Below are positions 47,047 to 55,256 of a DNA stretch of 64,000 nucleotides, piece by piece. Numbering within the stretch: the first letter of the stretch is position 1; every line of letters starts with the position of its first letter. Below the pieces are notes generated by a model, which saw only the letters and a list, made by a program, of their open reading frames with translations, made no database searches and was not told the DNA's origin. Origin of the DNA: a virus; IMG/VR virus record IMGVR_UViG_3300028361_000024, positions 3,829-67,828 of that record; one strand, 5' to 3'. The position numbers and the translations under genes were made by a program.

Positions 47047-48791
47047 TAGTTAGTGCCCCCTTCAGGTGCGGCTTCCTCTGTTACAGGTGCAGGTTCTCCT
47101 GCAGCTGCTCTTTTCAAGACCTCTTCAACGTCGGGAGGCAGAGGAGCAACGGATTGCCCCTGCTGAGCCGACCGAACGGCATTCATAATCTCTGGAGAAA
47201 TCGCCCCAAGCATTGCTTCGGTAAGTTCTGGTGTAAGTGCGCCCTTTTCCTGAAGCAAACGTACTGCAACTTCAGTAGGGGTAGGAGCATCCTGGTCTGA
47301 GAAGCCGTGTGCGCGCCGCCAGGCGTCGTAAGACACTGCCCCGCGGTCGAAGCCTGCATCAGCATCTGAGGCCCTGTCGTTGCGTGTGGAGACCGCTGAA
47401 GGGTCATACCAAACAGTAATACGGCTAACATCTATGTCTGAGTAGCCATTTGCAATCAAATATGGGCGCAAATAGACAACTGTGAGGGCGTCAACAATCA
47501 AAAGCATCAACGGTTCGATGTGCGCTTTGTACAACGCTTCATCAATTTGTAGAGCGTTGGAGTACTTTACGTTAGCCAAGCCTGTAACAACGTCCTTAGG
47601 AACGTCAAGGCCCTGCAGGATGCGCTCCAGAACGCGGTCGGAACGCTCAGCAAGTGCTGGGTCAAACGAACGCTCAAACTTGAACTGCTTGATAGCATCG
47701 CCAAGCTCGGCTGGTCCACGAATAATCAGAGGAACCACGGCAGATGCGGACTCTTCGTCACGAATCGGCGTGGTCATAGCGTCAATTAGCTGCTCTTCAA
47801 ACTCATCTTCTGCTTCCTCGGCAGTAAATCCCGTCCCGATTCCATCCTCAGAGTCGTAAGGATAGTCAGGGTCGCCCTGAGCAGCCACAGATAGACCGTC
47901 AGGAAGATAAAGCGCGCCAGCGTTAAGGCGAGAGCGAGCAGTTGCACGGAATGTCCTGTTCAGTAGAAGGAGTTCGGCACAAAGGTCAAGGAGCCCACGC
48001 AAGCTTGAGTCGGACTCATCCGAATAACGAGGGTGTGAGCGCCAGATACGGCCAACAAAAGCGTTCTTGCCTAAGTTGACAACTCCTTCGCGACCTCCTC
48101 CTCCCGACCCAGAGCTCTGCTCTCGACGACCGATAACGGTGTAGTTACCGCGAGCGTCAGTTATTACCTCGTCAACGGAGCGGATGTCCCAAGATTCAGG
48201 CTCTCCAGTTCCTTGACGGGCTGGCATCTGAACTAGGTAGCATTCGCCAGTGACGGCAAGGTTAAGAGCGGCGTCTTTTAAAAGTCCAGGCTGTCCGCCG
48301 TACGCCGAGTTAAGTCGCAAAAGAGCGCGTTCTGCAGCAGCAGCAAGTGCTGGGTCCACTGAGCGAGACTCGCTTGCGGAAACGGGGGCCTGACTTGGGT
48401 CGTCAATTGCAGCCGCGAAGATGCGGATACGAGAGACAACGGATGCTACAAGATTAAAAGCGTATTTGATTTCGCCAATTGCGTCGTAGTATTCCCATGC
48501 TTCGCCCTGCCATGCAGATGAGGAAGCGGAACGTCGAGCCTTAAACTGCTCGAACTCGCCCTTGTCGTTCATTTTTACTTGCGAGGCTGCAGCCGTCAGG
48601 GCGCGGGGGGCGTTATAGGCAACTGGAGGAGGGCTGTTGAAGAAGACGGGTGAGCCTGTCGGCTGAGGCGTCCTGGCGTTACGAACATTCTGATTTGAAC
48701 GGGAGGTGGCTTTATTCTTAGCGGGCTTTACAGGCGTCGCTTTAGCCTTTGGAGCCTCTGGCGTTGGCTCTTCTCTATTAAATACACCCAT
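47046..48791 (-). CDS. Portal protein
   Basis: WQGEAWEYYDAIGEI, RIWRSHP, ARSRL..G.L, SAVVP, GLDVP, VWYDPS typical of actinophage portals; head module position. Confidence 0.85.
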   Translation of the reverse strand: MGVFNREEPTPEAPKAKATPVKPAKNKATSRSNQNVRNARTPQPTGSPVFFNSPPPVAYNAPRALTAAASQVKMNDKGEFEQFKARRSASSSAWQGEAWEYYDAIGEIKYAFNLVASVVSRIRIFAAAIDDPSQAPVSASESRSVDPALAAAAERALLRLNSAYGGQPGLLKDAALNLAVTGECYLVQMPARQGTGEPESWDIRSVDEVITDARGNYTVIGRREQSSGSGGGGREGVVNLGKNAFVGRIWRSHPRYSDESDSSLRGLLDLCAELLLLNRTFRATARSRLNAGALYLPDGLSVAAQGDPDYPYDSEDGIGTGFTAEEAEDEFEEQLIDAMTTPIRDEESASAVVPLIIRGPAELGDAIKQFKFERSFDPALAERSDRVLERILQGLDVPKDVVTGLANVKYSNALQIDEALYKAHIEPLMLLIVDALTVVYLRPYLIANGYSDIDVSRITVWYDPSAVSTRNDRASDADAGFDRGAVSYDAWRRAHGFSDQDAPTPTEVAVRLLQEKGALTPELTEAMLGAISPEIMNAVRSAQQGQSVAPLPPDVEEVLKRAAAGEPAPVTEEAAPEGGTN

Positions 48792-48828
48792 TGGGCGGTC
48801 TCCTCGTCAATCAGTTGCGGAACACGAG

Positions 48829-49113
48829 TTATTTTTGCTCGTATGCGGTCAACAGACCTGCTATCGCCGAAGCCGCGAATACGGCGTAGACGTAAACAAG
48901 TACTGGAATAATCATAGCGGATGGTACGACTATTGATGCGACCCAAATAGAGGTGCACCAATCGCAGGTTATAAGATAGCCAAGTTTGCTCTTATGGGGA
49001 GGAAACTTAGCCCAAAGACGATTTCTTAGGGACTCAAATATCGTATCAGTCGTGATAAGACGAGTAAGACGAAACACTGCTAGAGCAATGATGACAAATT
49101 CTAATAGTGTCAT
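48829..49113 (-). CDS. DUF1360-like membrane protein
   Basis: AVFRLTRLITTDTI...LITCDWCTSIW, hydrophobic segments. Confidence 0.8.
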   Translation of the reverse strand: MTLLEFVIIALAVFRLTRLITTDTIFESLRNRLWAKFPPHKSKLGYLITCDWCTSIWVASIVVPSAMIIPVLVYVYAVFAASAIAGLLTAYEQK

Positions 49114-49478
49114 GTAGGGTCCTGGTTAGAAGTTATGAAAGAGCCATAGGGGTTCCAGCCACGAAGGCGGGTCCCACAGCCACAGTTATTGTCTTTGGCA
49201 ACTGTAACTATCTTTCCTGACTCGGTCAAGGCGTGATAGGTCTTGCCTATCTTCTCTAGTTGGGTAATTTTTTCGCGAAAAACGACTTGAGTGCCCTCTG
49301 GGGAATCTACCCCAATAATCAGGACGTCTTGGATAACTACAGCGCGGGCGGTGTCGACGCGGCGAGTCCCCTGCGGAGCGTCTCCAATAATCGGGAGCTC
49401 AGTGATGTCGGAGAGGGAGCCTGGGGGAGCCAACCTGATGATTGCGGGGAAAACGTCCATTGTTTTAACTGCAGCCAT
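49110..49478 (-). CDS. Hypothetical protein
   Basis: 122 aa with CGCG motif. Confidence 0.7.
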   Translation of the reverse strand: MAAVKTMDVFPAIIRLAPPGSLSDITELPIIGDAPQGTRRVDTARAVVIQDVLIIGVDSPEGTQVVFREKITQLEKIGKTYHALTESGKIVTVAKDNNCGCGTRLRGWNPYGSFITSNQDPT

Positions 49479-49807
49479 TAACTTGTGTACTCCGATGGTA
49501 TGTAGAAGTCTTCCCAGCCGAAAGCTGCTCGGGCTACGGGAATGGGGATGATTAGTGGTCGGGACCGCTCAGTGGTGCGTATAGCTCCAAAAACATCGTC
49601 CTTCTTGTTAACAAGAGTGGCGTTCTGCCAGTCGCGAGAACTCGTAAGACTCTTTAGCGGAAATGCCATGGGAAAGAGCGAGTTCTCAGATGTCATAGTC
49701 TCAAGAAAGCGGGACTGGTTGGATTCCTTGTTTTTAGGGTTCATCCATACAACCACAGCTAATTCATCTTCTGTATAGCTGCCACTCTGTGTCTTGTAAG
49801 TTCTCAC
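49478..49807 (-). CDS. Hypothetical protein
   Basis: 109 aa, coupled to neighbours. Confidence 0.65.
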   Translation of the reverse strand: MRTYKTQSGSYTEDELAVVVWMNPKNKESNQSRFLETMTSENSLFPMAFPLKSLTSSRDWQNATLVNKKDDVFGAIRTTERSRPLIIPIPVARAAFGWEDFYIPSEYTS

Positions 49808-50301
49808 TTGCTCAGTCTTCTGGCCATAGCGCGGTACGAAACCCCAGCGGCTGTGGCAATCTTTGCTGTGGGGACGCCCATGCTTCTGAGAGCCACAGCC
49901 ATTGCGGTGAGGTCTCGGTTTGCTTGGGAGAACGGAGAGTCCGAAGTTGTGCGGGCGCGATAGCGCTTTGCAAGCTTGGCCAGCTCCTTGAGGCGCGGTT
50001 TCATGTCTGGCGGAACGTTGGGGGAGACTGAGCGCAGTCGGGGTGCTTTTTTAGTGGGAGTTGCGGTGGTGAGACTGCGAGGTGGCGGTGTGGGTATTTC
50101 GCGGAACTGCTTTGTTGCTTCCGCTTTTTTTACCCAGAAGTGGATTGTAGTCTTGGGTCGTTTGGGGTCAAGCGACTCGCCAAGAATAGATAAAGACCAT
50201 CCAGCCTCCCAGAGAGCCCTAAGACGTGACTCAGCAACAGGGCGGGAAAGGGAACTGATGAAGTTCACTTCGTCCTGAGGAAGCAATGTCTTTGAGCTCA
50301 T
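49804..50301 (-). CDS. Basic protein with two helix-turn-helix-like segments (candidate regulator or packaging factor)
   Basis: GWSLSILG...KTTIHFWV and GVPTAKIATAAGVSYRAMARRL. Confidence 0.7.
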   Translation of the reverse strand: MSSKTLLPQDEVNFISSLSRPVAESRLRALWEAGWSLSILGESLDPKRPKTTIHFWVKKAEATKQFREIPTPPPRSLTTATPTKKAPRLRSVSPNVPPDMKPRLKELAKLAKRYRARTTSDSPFSQANRDLTAMAVALRSMGVPTAKIATAAGVSYRAMARRLSK

Positions 50302-50940
50302 TGTTCTATGGTACAGGGTTCTGAGAAAGCGTACAGGGGCGAGAGTCCAAAGAATCCTGAACGGCAGAGTCGAAAGTATGAACGTTAAGTTTTTTTGGAT
50401 TTGGCCTGTGAGTGGGCAGTCATTATATTTGAACTTTTTTTGAAACGTTTCCTAAAATCTTCAGCACGTTCCGAGAGACTTACTGGTTTTTTTCTGAAGG
50501 TCTGGATATTTATTTGCTGTCTATTATTTTTTTCAAGAACTTTTTCCAAAGCTGCTTTTCTATTTTCCCCTGACTAGACAAGAATTATTTACAAAGCTTT
50601 TTTCAAAGTCATCTAGTCAAGCTAGAAACATCTCACATTCAAATAGCTTTGCTATCTGGGTTGGCCTGATGAATTTATCTAGACATTCTGTCTAGCTAAA
50701 AAATTACACCTATGAATGCCAAGCTAGGCAATGACACACGTCCCCCCTCTGGCCCCCTCTGGGGCTGGGGCTAGGGATTGGTTTTGGGGATGCCTAGCAA
50801 ATGCTCACACATCTATACAAGACTCAGACGCTCTGCCCCCCTGGGGCCTAGTGCCCTCTGGTCGCCTTTAGGTCTGGGCACATTGAAATTTTTCTACACC
50901 TACTAATACGAATGAAAAAAATAAAAAAACTTTTTTTCCA
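50302..50940. other. Non-coding strand-switch region (candidate origin, terminus or control region)
   Basis: No credible ORF; T-rich left half, many CTAG tetramers, CCCCCTCTGG direct repeats; transcription diverges from it. Confidence 0.6.
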
Positions 50941-50947
50941 AATGAGC

Positions 50948-50977
50948 TTGACATATGTCAGGAAGGTGTACTAATAT
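50948..50977 (+). promoter_or_regulatory. SigA-type promoter with CAGGAAGG spacer box
   Basis: TTGACA-18nt(TATGTCAGGAAGGTGTAC)-TAATAT. Confidence 0.8.
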
Positions 50978-51023
50978 AATAACTACAAGCCACCGCAAGG
51001 GGCACAACGAAGGGGAAAACAAA

Positions 51024-51227
51024 ATGACTACTTATTCAATCCGCATCATGGCAAACGGAATCGACTTCAACTTCCACACCACTAGCGTTGCGCAGTTGCG
51101 CGAATTGTTCGCTAGTACTTACCGCACTGGGACAATGGGAGACTTCACTATCTGGGCCGACAACGAAGAGCTAGGCCGCAACCAGAAGGCAGTGCTCGCT
51201 TTTGGACAACTTGCTTACACCAACTAA
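51024..51227 (+). CDS. Small hypothetical early protein
   Basis: ATG after AACGAAGGGGAAAACAAA. Confidence 0.7.
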   Translation: MTTYSIRIMANGIDFNFHTTSVAQLRELFASTYRTGTMGDFTIWADNEELGRNQKAVLAFGQLAYTN

Positions 51228-51259
51228 CACCAACTAACACGAACGAAGGGAAAAACAAA

Positions 51260-51580
51260 ATGAAAGCAATGACCGTCTCAACAGAAGGCAACATCTCAAA
51301 GATGGAGACCATGGACCTGGCCGCGCTTCAAACCGCGGTGGGGGGCTATGTGCAAGCTGTAGACCTAGGGGATGACCTAACTATGTGGCTAAATGAGGAA
51401 GGCAAGCTAGAGGGGTTACCGCACAATGACGTCGGGCAAGTTCTATGGGATGCAACCTATGGCGCAGGCACAGACTACATCGTGGGTAACGTCGTAATAA
51501 CGGGTGGCACAGGGGAGGAAGGCGAAACCTTGCCCCTTACTGCAAGCGCCGTTTTCAAGATTATGAGGATGCTCGAATAG
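51260..51580 (+). CDS. DUF3846-like protein
   Basis: LQTAVGGYVQ...NEEGKLEGLPHN...IVGNVVITG. Confidence 0.8.
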   Translation: MKAMTVSTEGNISKMETMDLAALQTAVGGYVQAVDLGDDLTMWLNEEGKLEGLPHNDVGQVLWDATYGAGTDYIVGNVVITGGTGEEGETLPLTASAVFKIMRMLE

Positions 51581-51590
51581 TCACCGCGCT

Positions 51591-51621
51591 GAAGACCCCG
51601 TCAGAAATGGCGGGGTTTTTC
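51591..51621 (+). terminator. Intrinsic terminator
   Basis: ACCCCGTCA-GAAA-TGGCGGGGT + T run. Confidence 0.8.
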
Positions 51622-51657
51622 TGTTACCTAACCGTTACAAAGAAATGTCAGAAAGAT

Positions 51658-51687
51658 TTGACAAAGTACAGGAAGGTCTGCCATACT
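51658..51687 (+). promoter_or_regulatory. SigA-type promoter with CAGGAAGG spacer box
   Basis: TTGACA-18nt(AAGTACAGGAAGGTCTGC)-CATACT. Confidence 0.8.
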
Positions 51688-51716
51688 GTAACTACACAAC
51701 GACGAAGGGAAACAAA

Positions 51717-51848
51717 ATGACTGCAATAATCCTAAAAGATGGAGTCACCACCACCTACCACTTTGACCCTCAGCACCACGAAGCCGTAAGTGCCTTTTAC
51801 TCTGAAGCTTTTGCAAAGGGAGAAATTCAGAATTACCAACTTTACTAA
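51717..51848 (+). CDS. 43-aa hypothetical early protein
   Basis: Own promoter, RBS GAAGGGAAACAAA and terminator. Confidence 0.65.
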   Translation: MTAIILKDGVTTTYHFDPQHHEAVSAFYSEAFAKGEIQNYQLY

Positions 51849-51865
51849 ACCAACCAACAACAACC

Positions 51866-51899
51866 GAAAGCCCCCGCCGTAAAAAGCGGGGGTTTTTTT
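51866..51899 (+). terminator. Intrinsic terminator
   Basis: CCCCCGC...GCGGGGG + T7. Confidence 0.8.
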
Positions 51900-51934
51900 G
51901 TTACCTAACTGTGATAAAAACTTTCCTGACTTAC

Positions 51935-51964
51935 TTGACAAAGTGCAGGAAGGTCTGAGAGAAT
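51935..51964 (+). promoter_or_regulatory. SigA-type promoter with GCAGGAAGG spacer box
   Basis: TTGACA-18nt(AAGTGCAGGAAGGTCTGA)-GAGAAT. Confidence 0.75.
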
Positions 51965-51991
51965 GTACTTATAACAACGAAGGGACACACT

Positions 51992-52138
51992 ATCAAAACA
52001 GAAACCCGTCAGTTTTTATCGCTAGTCACACTTGCCATCTTGGGAGTCTGGTTCATAGTGACAGAGAGCCACCGCGTTGTAATCGGCTGGGCTTGGGACT
52101 TATTCGTATCATTCACCGACACCTACATAACTCTCTAA
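51992..52138 (+). CDS. 48-aa membrane peptide with ATC at the start position (non-canonical start or pseudogene)
   Basis: RBS AACGAAGGGACACACT then ATC AAA ACA...; reads IKTETRQFLSLVTLAILGVWFIV... Confidence 0.45.
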   Translation: MKTETRQFLSLVTLAILGVWFIVTESHRVVIGWAWDLFVSFTDTYITL

Positions 52139-52148
52139 GGGGGACACA

Positions 52149-52433
52149 ATGACCAAGTCTAAAAATTATGAAGTAACAATCTGGGCTGATGGATTTCGAC
52201 AATGGCACGCTAAGGCGGAGTTTTATCCCGCACTTGGCAACACAGGGGAAGCCGAGAGAATAGTAAGCAATGCCCTCAAAATGATGAAGCGAAACCTAAA
52301 GCGGATTATTGAGTATAACGACAGCGCAAGTCCTGATTATAGGTTCAAGTGGGAAGTTTGCGCGAACACCACTACACCAGGACTAGGCACTCTAAGGAGT
52401 ATCACAATCAGAGAAAAACAAACAACCGACTAA
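52149..52433 (+). CDS. Hypothetical protein
   Basis: 94 aa with AAGGGGG RBS. Confidence 0.7.
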   Translation: MTKSKNYEVTIWADGFRQWHAKAEFYPALGNTGEAERIVSNALKMMKRNLKRIIEYNDSASPDYRFKWEVCANTTTPGLGTLRSITIREKQTTD

Positions 52434-52456
52434 GGAGATAGCCAAATGAACACCGC

Positions 52457-52489
52457 GAAGCCCCCCGAGAAATTGGGGGGTTTTTCTTT
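52457..52489 (+). terminator. Intrinsic terminator
   Basis: CCCCCCGA-GAAA-TTGGGGGG + T run. Confidence 0.8.
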
Positions 52490-52499
52490 GCCCAGGTAC

Positions 52500-52529
52500 T
52501 TGACAAAGTGCAGGAAGGTATGTCATAAT
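52500..52529 (+). promoter_or_regulatory. SigA-type promoter with GCAGGAAGG spacer box
   Basis: TTGACA-18nt(AAGTGCAGGAAGGTATGT)-CATAAT. Confidence 0.82.
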
Positions 52530-52554
52530 AGAGACATAGACAGAGAGGGACACA

Positions 52555-52773
52555 ATGTACGGACTACCAGATAGCGCAATAGTAGGAACCGCAAAACGTG
52601 TTACCAGAGGAATCCGCGGGAAGCTAGTCAAGAATGACCGAGACTATGTAGAATTTCCCACCCCCTTCTGGGACATGGTGGCCGAAAAAATAGACCAAGT
52701 AGCAGAGCGCAGAATCAAAAAGCAGACTCGCAAAGCTCACTTTGAAAAGCACGGGTTCTACCCCGCAGACTAG
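52555..52773 (+). CDS. Hypothetical protein
   Basis: 72 aa with GAGAGGG RBS. Confidence 0.7.
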   Translation: MYGLPDSAIVGTAKRVTRGIRGKLVKNDRDYVEFPTPFWDMVAEKIDQVAERRIKKQTRKAHFEKHGFYPAD

Positions 52774-52787
52774 AAACCAGCAAAATA

Positions 52788-52829
52788 GAGAAAGCCCCCT
52801 AGGGTAAAAATTCCTGGGGGGCCTTCTCG
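52788..52829. terminator. Hairpin between convergent units (possibly bidirectional terminator)
   Basis: GAGAAAGCCCCCTAGG-GTAAAAATT-CCTGGGGGGCCTTCTC. Confidence 0.7.
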
Positions 52830-52861
52830 TTCCTCAAACAAACGGCGCTGCTACTACGAAT

Positions 52862-53125
52862 TTAGTCGTCGGGGTTGCTAGCTTTCGACCCAGCTTCGCC
52901 AAACACTTCGTTTATTTCAGCAAGTGATAGTTTCCCGTCCTTGAGATACGCCCGTGATAGCCCCTCAACTACTGTAGCTACTCCGCCAATCCCCGCCATC
53001 AAGAACGATTGCCAGAGCTCAACGCCCACAATCGTACCCGCTGCAACCACACTCAGTCCCGTTGCCAGGAACACAGCAACCATGCGGCCAACTATTGTTG
53101 CAACTTTTCGTGCTCTTTTTGACAT
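52862..53125 (-). CDS. Small 2-TM membrane protein, holin-like
   Basis: Basic N-terminus, two hydrophobic helices, DGKLSLAEIN tail; near transglycosylase. Confidence 0.6.
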   Translation of the reverse strand: MSKRARKVATIVGRMVAVFLATGLSVVAAGTIVGVELWQSFLMAGIGGVATVVEGLSRAYLKDGKLSLAEINEVFGEAGSKASNPDD

Positions 53126-53215
53126 GGTCTTTCCTCTCCTATTGCATCTACGCCAGACGCAGCAACGCCCAGCACTCTCTATGATAAGAGAGATACTGGG
53201 CGTTGATTTGGGGGC

Positions 53216-53812
53216 TTAGATACTTACTGTTACTGGGGTACCAGCAAAAATAGCCTGAACCAGCTTCTCGTTCGTAAGGTTATTTGATTCAAAACCGTGG
53301 TCTGCAGCAAATTCCTTGATAGCTGCAAGAGTGCCCTTGCTCAAGTACCCGCGGTTGTCTGAACCCGCGCTTACGTAACCAAGCTCCATCAACCTAACCT
53401 GAGTTACGCCAACTGAACGCGAGTTGTGCTCGTACATGCTCTCAAACACCAACTTGGTGCGTGAAACACTGATTTCAGAGCCCAGGACTGTCGGAACAGT
53501 CTTTGGCTCGGGTTTTTTACCCTTTGGTGCTGCTGCCGCAGGGGTTGGGGCTTCAACCTTCTTCTCCTTGGCAACTTCAACAACCACTTCTGGTTCTTCT
53601 TCTACTGCTGCTGCTGACGCAACGACCACTTCTGGCTCAACTGCGCGCTCAAAGTCTGTTCCATCCTGAACCAGCCCGTCGCCGTCACCATCAACCGCGC
53701 CAACTTTGAAACCTTCAGGCTTTTCGCCTACTTTGCGTTCGAACTTTGTGCCGTCTTGTACCAGCCCGTCGCCGTCACCATCTCTGGCGTTAGCTTTGAA
53801 TTTATCTGCCAT
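53216..53812 (-). CDS. Protein with two DGDGDG repeats and C-terminal peptidoglycan-binding-like domain
   Basis: DGDGDGLVQDGT twice; VGVTQVRLMELGY...GYLSKGTLAAIKEFAADHG. Confidence 0.65.
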   Translation of the reverse strand: MADKFKANARDGDGDGLVQDGTKFERKVGEKPEGFKVGAVDGDGDGLVQDGTDFERAVEPEVVVASAAAVEEEPEVVVEVAKEKKVEAPTPAAAAPKGKKPEPKTVPTVLGSEISVSRTKLVFESMYEHNSRSVGVTQVRLMELGYVSAGSDNRGYLSKGTLAAIKEFAADHGFESNNLTNEKLVQAIFAGTPVTVSI

Positions 53813-54459
53813 TACTTACCTCCTGGGTATTCTTTGTACCATGTGTGATACGAACCTGTTGTACCTCCATTATAAGCATCAGGGCCAATGCCCCATGGGC
53901 CCCAATTGGTCCCCTGTCTGCTCATCTCAAAGGCGATGCGTGCATTGACATACGGGTCAAACAAGTCTTCATAAGAAGACAACCCGTACTTCTCCATGCG
54001 TGCAACTCCAAGCTTTCCTATCATGTTGATTTGGAATAGCCCGTAGCTGTTGTCTCCCGTACTGCTGTTGCCATTGTGGGCTAAAGGATTGCCTGTGCTC
54101 TCCTTCATTGCCACGGCCCAAGCCTTACGCAGGGTGCTTTCTTCGAAACCAACACTCCTTAGCACTTCAATCAACTCTTCTTCATAAAAATGCTTCGGAA
54201 AGTCAGCAACTTCAGCAACTTCTGCAGCGGCAGCTAGTGGAATTTTTACCCCCACTTCCTCTGTTGCAGCGGCGTCTTCTTCATAACTTTGGGACCTTTG
54301 CGGCACAACCCGCTCTGATTCCTGCACTTCAATGCTTGATTCCGCAGCAATTTGACTTGCTGATGACCCAAACTTTGCGCTTGCTATCGCTGACACGCTG
54401 ATTAGTGCCAAAGTTATTCCGAACACGGTTATTTCTGCCGTTTTTCGATTGATACTCAT
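53812..54459 (-). CDS. Lytic transglycosylase (SLT/lysozyme-like) with N-terminal signal/TM segment
   Basis: AVAMKES.GNP.A.N...SYGLFQIN...LFDPYVNA...W.PW. Confidence 0.88.
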   Translation of the reverse strand: MSINRKTAEITVFGITLALISVSAIASAKFGSSASQIAAESSIEVQESERVVPQRSQSYEEDAAATEEVGVKIPLAAAAEVAEVADFPKHFYEEELIEVLRSVGFEESTLRKAWAVAMKESTGNPLAHNGNSSTGDNSYGLFQINMIGKLGVARMEKYGLSSYEDLFDPYVNARIAFEMSRQGTNWGPWGIGPDAYNGGTTGSYHTWYKEYPGGK

Positions 54460-54470
54460 AGAGTTCCTCT

Positions 54471-54881
54471 CTACGAACGTCCGTAGTACATTACGTTCTC
54501 GTCGTTCCAGTCATACGCATTGACTCCTCGACGGTACGTCTGCTTATTCTTGGGCTTACCTAAGTCCTCAAGCTCCAGCATGGTGCTCCACACTGTATGC
54601 AGCGGACGCGTAAAGTCGTGTCCTCGTGCTTGGCCAGCTCTAGTTTTATAGTTTGTGTACTTCAGGGTCTCGCCCAGCTCCACTAACCAATCAACAAACT
54701 GTTCCCGAGTCAAGAAAACACGGTGCGGGTAGTCCCTGTTCTTTAGTTGGACTATTTTTGCGTCGTACCTCTCAACGAGTGGCTTCAGCGATTCCATGTC
54801 TCGACCTCGCACAACCATCTTGTTTTTATCTTGCGGGTCCTGCACTACGCTGACGAACCCTGTTTCACTAAATAACCACAT
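54471..54881 (-). CDS. Hypothetical phage protein
   Basis: MWLFSETGFVSVV...VRGR...DYPHR...YTNYK. Confidence 0.75.
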   Translation of the reverse strand: MWLFSETGFVSVVQDPQDKNKMVVRGRDMESLKPLVERYDAKIVQLKNRDYPHRVFLTREQFVDWLVELGETLKYTNYKTRAGQARGHDFTRPLHTVWSTMLELEDLGKPKNKQTYRRGVNAYDWNDENVMYYGRS

Positions 54882-54883
54882 TT

Positions 54884-55039
54884 TTACCTCTGTTCTCTCG
54901 CGGAAAGCACCGCGCTAATAATTCCTATGAACCCTGCTGCTAGAACCCAGAGTTCGTTACCTAAAATGGCTGACACCAAGATGCCAACAGCTGCAACAGC
55001 GGAGATAACCGATGTCCACACTACGTTTTGTAGCTTCAT
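54884..55039 (-). CDS. 51-aa membrane protein (not in ORF track)
   Basis: MKLQNVVWTSVISAVAAVGILVSAILGNELWVLAAGFIGIISAVLSAREQR; TGATG-coupled to upstream HTH gene. Confidence 0.65.
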   Translation of the reverse strand: MKLQNVVWTSVISAVAAVGILVSAILGNELWVLAAGFIGIISAVLSAREQR

Positions 55040-55230
55040 CAGCTCCTCTTCTTGTCTGGACGAGTTCGTCCCACTAGACGGGCGTGGGGGTCACGCAACA
55101 CAACACCTTGGGCAAAGATTGCCTTCCGTGCTGTTCTGTATGCAACTCCCAGTTGTTTCGCCACTGCTTCAAGGGCTAGGCCCTCTTCATACAACTTGGC
55201 GGCTTCTTCTGCGATTTTTTCGCTTTTCAT
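55039..55230 (-). CDS. Small helix-turn-helix DNA-binding protein
   Basis: LYEEGLALEAVAKQLGVAYRTARKAI..GVVLR. Confidence 0.8.
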   Translation of the reverse strand: MKSEKIAEEAAKLYEEGLALEAVAKQLGVAYRTARKAIFAQGVVLRDPHARLVGRTRPDKKRS

Positions 55231-55256
55231 TCTGTCTTTTCCTCTTTCTATTGTCT

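Noticed and set aside
50948-52830. Repeated elements as a CRISPR array or integron attC array
   Set aside because: Repeats are promoters, RBSs and terminators with irregular 280-710 bp spacing and ORFs between; no integrase seen
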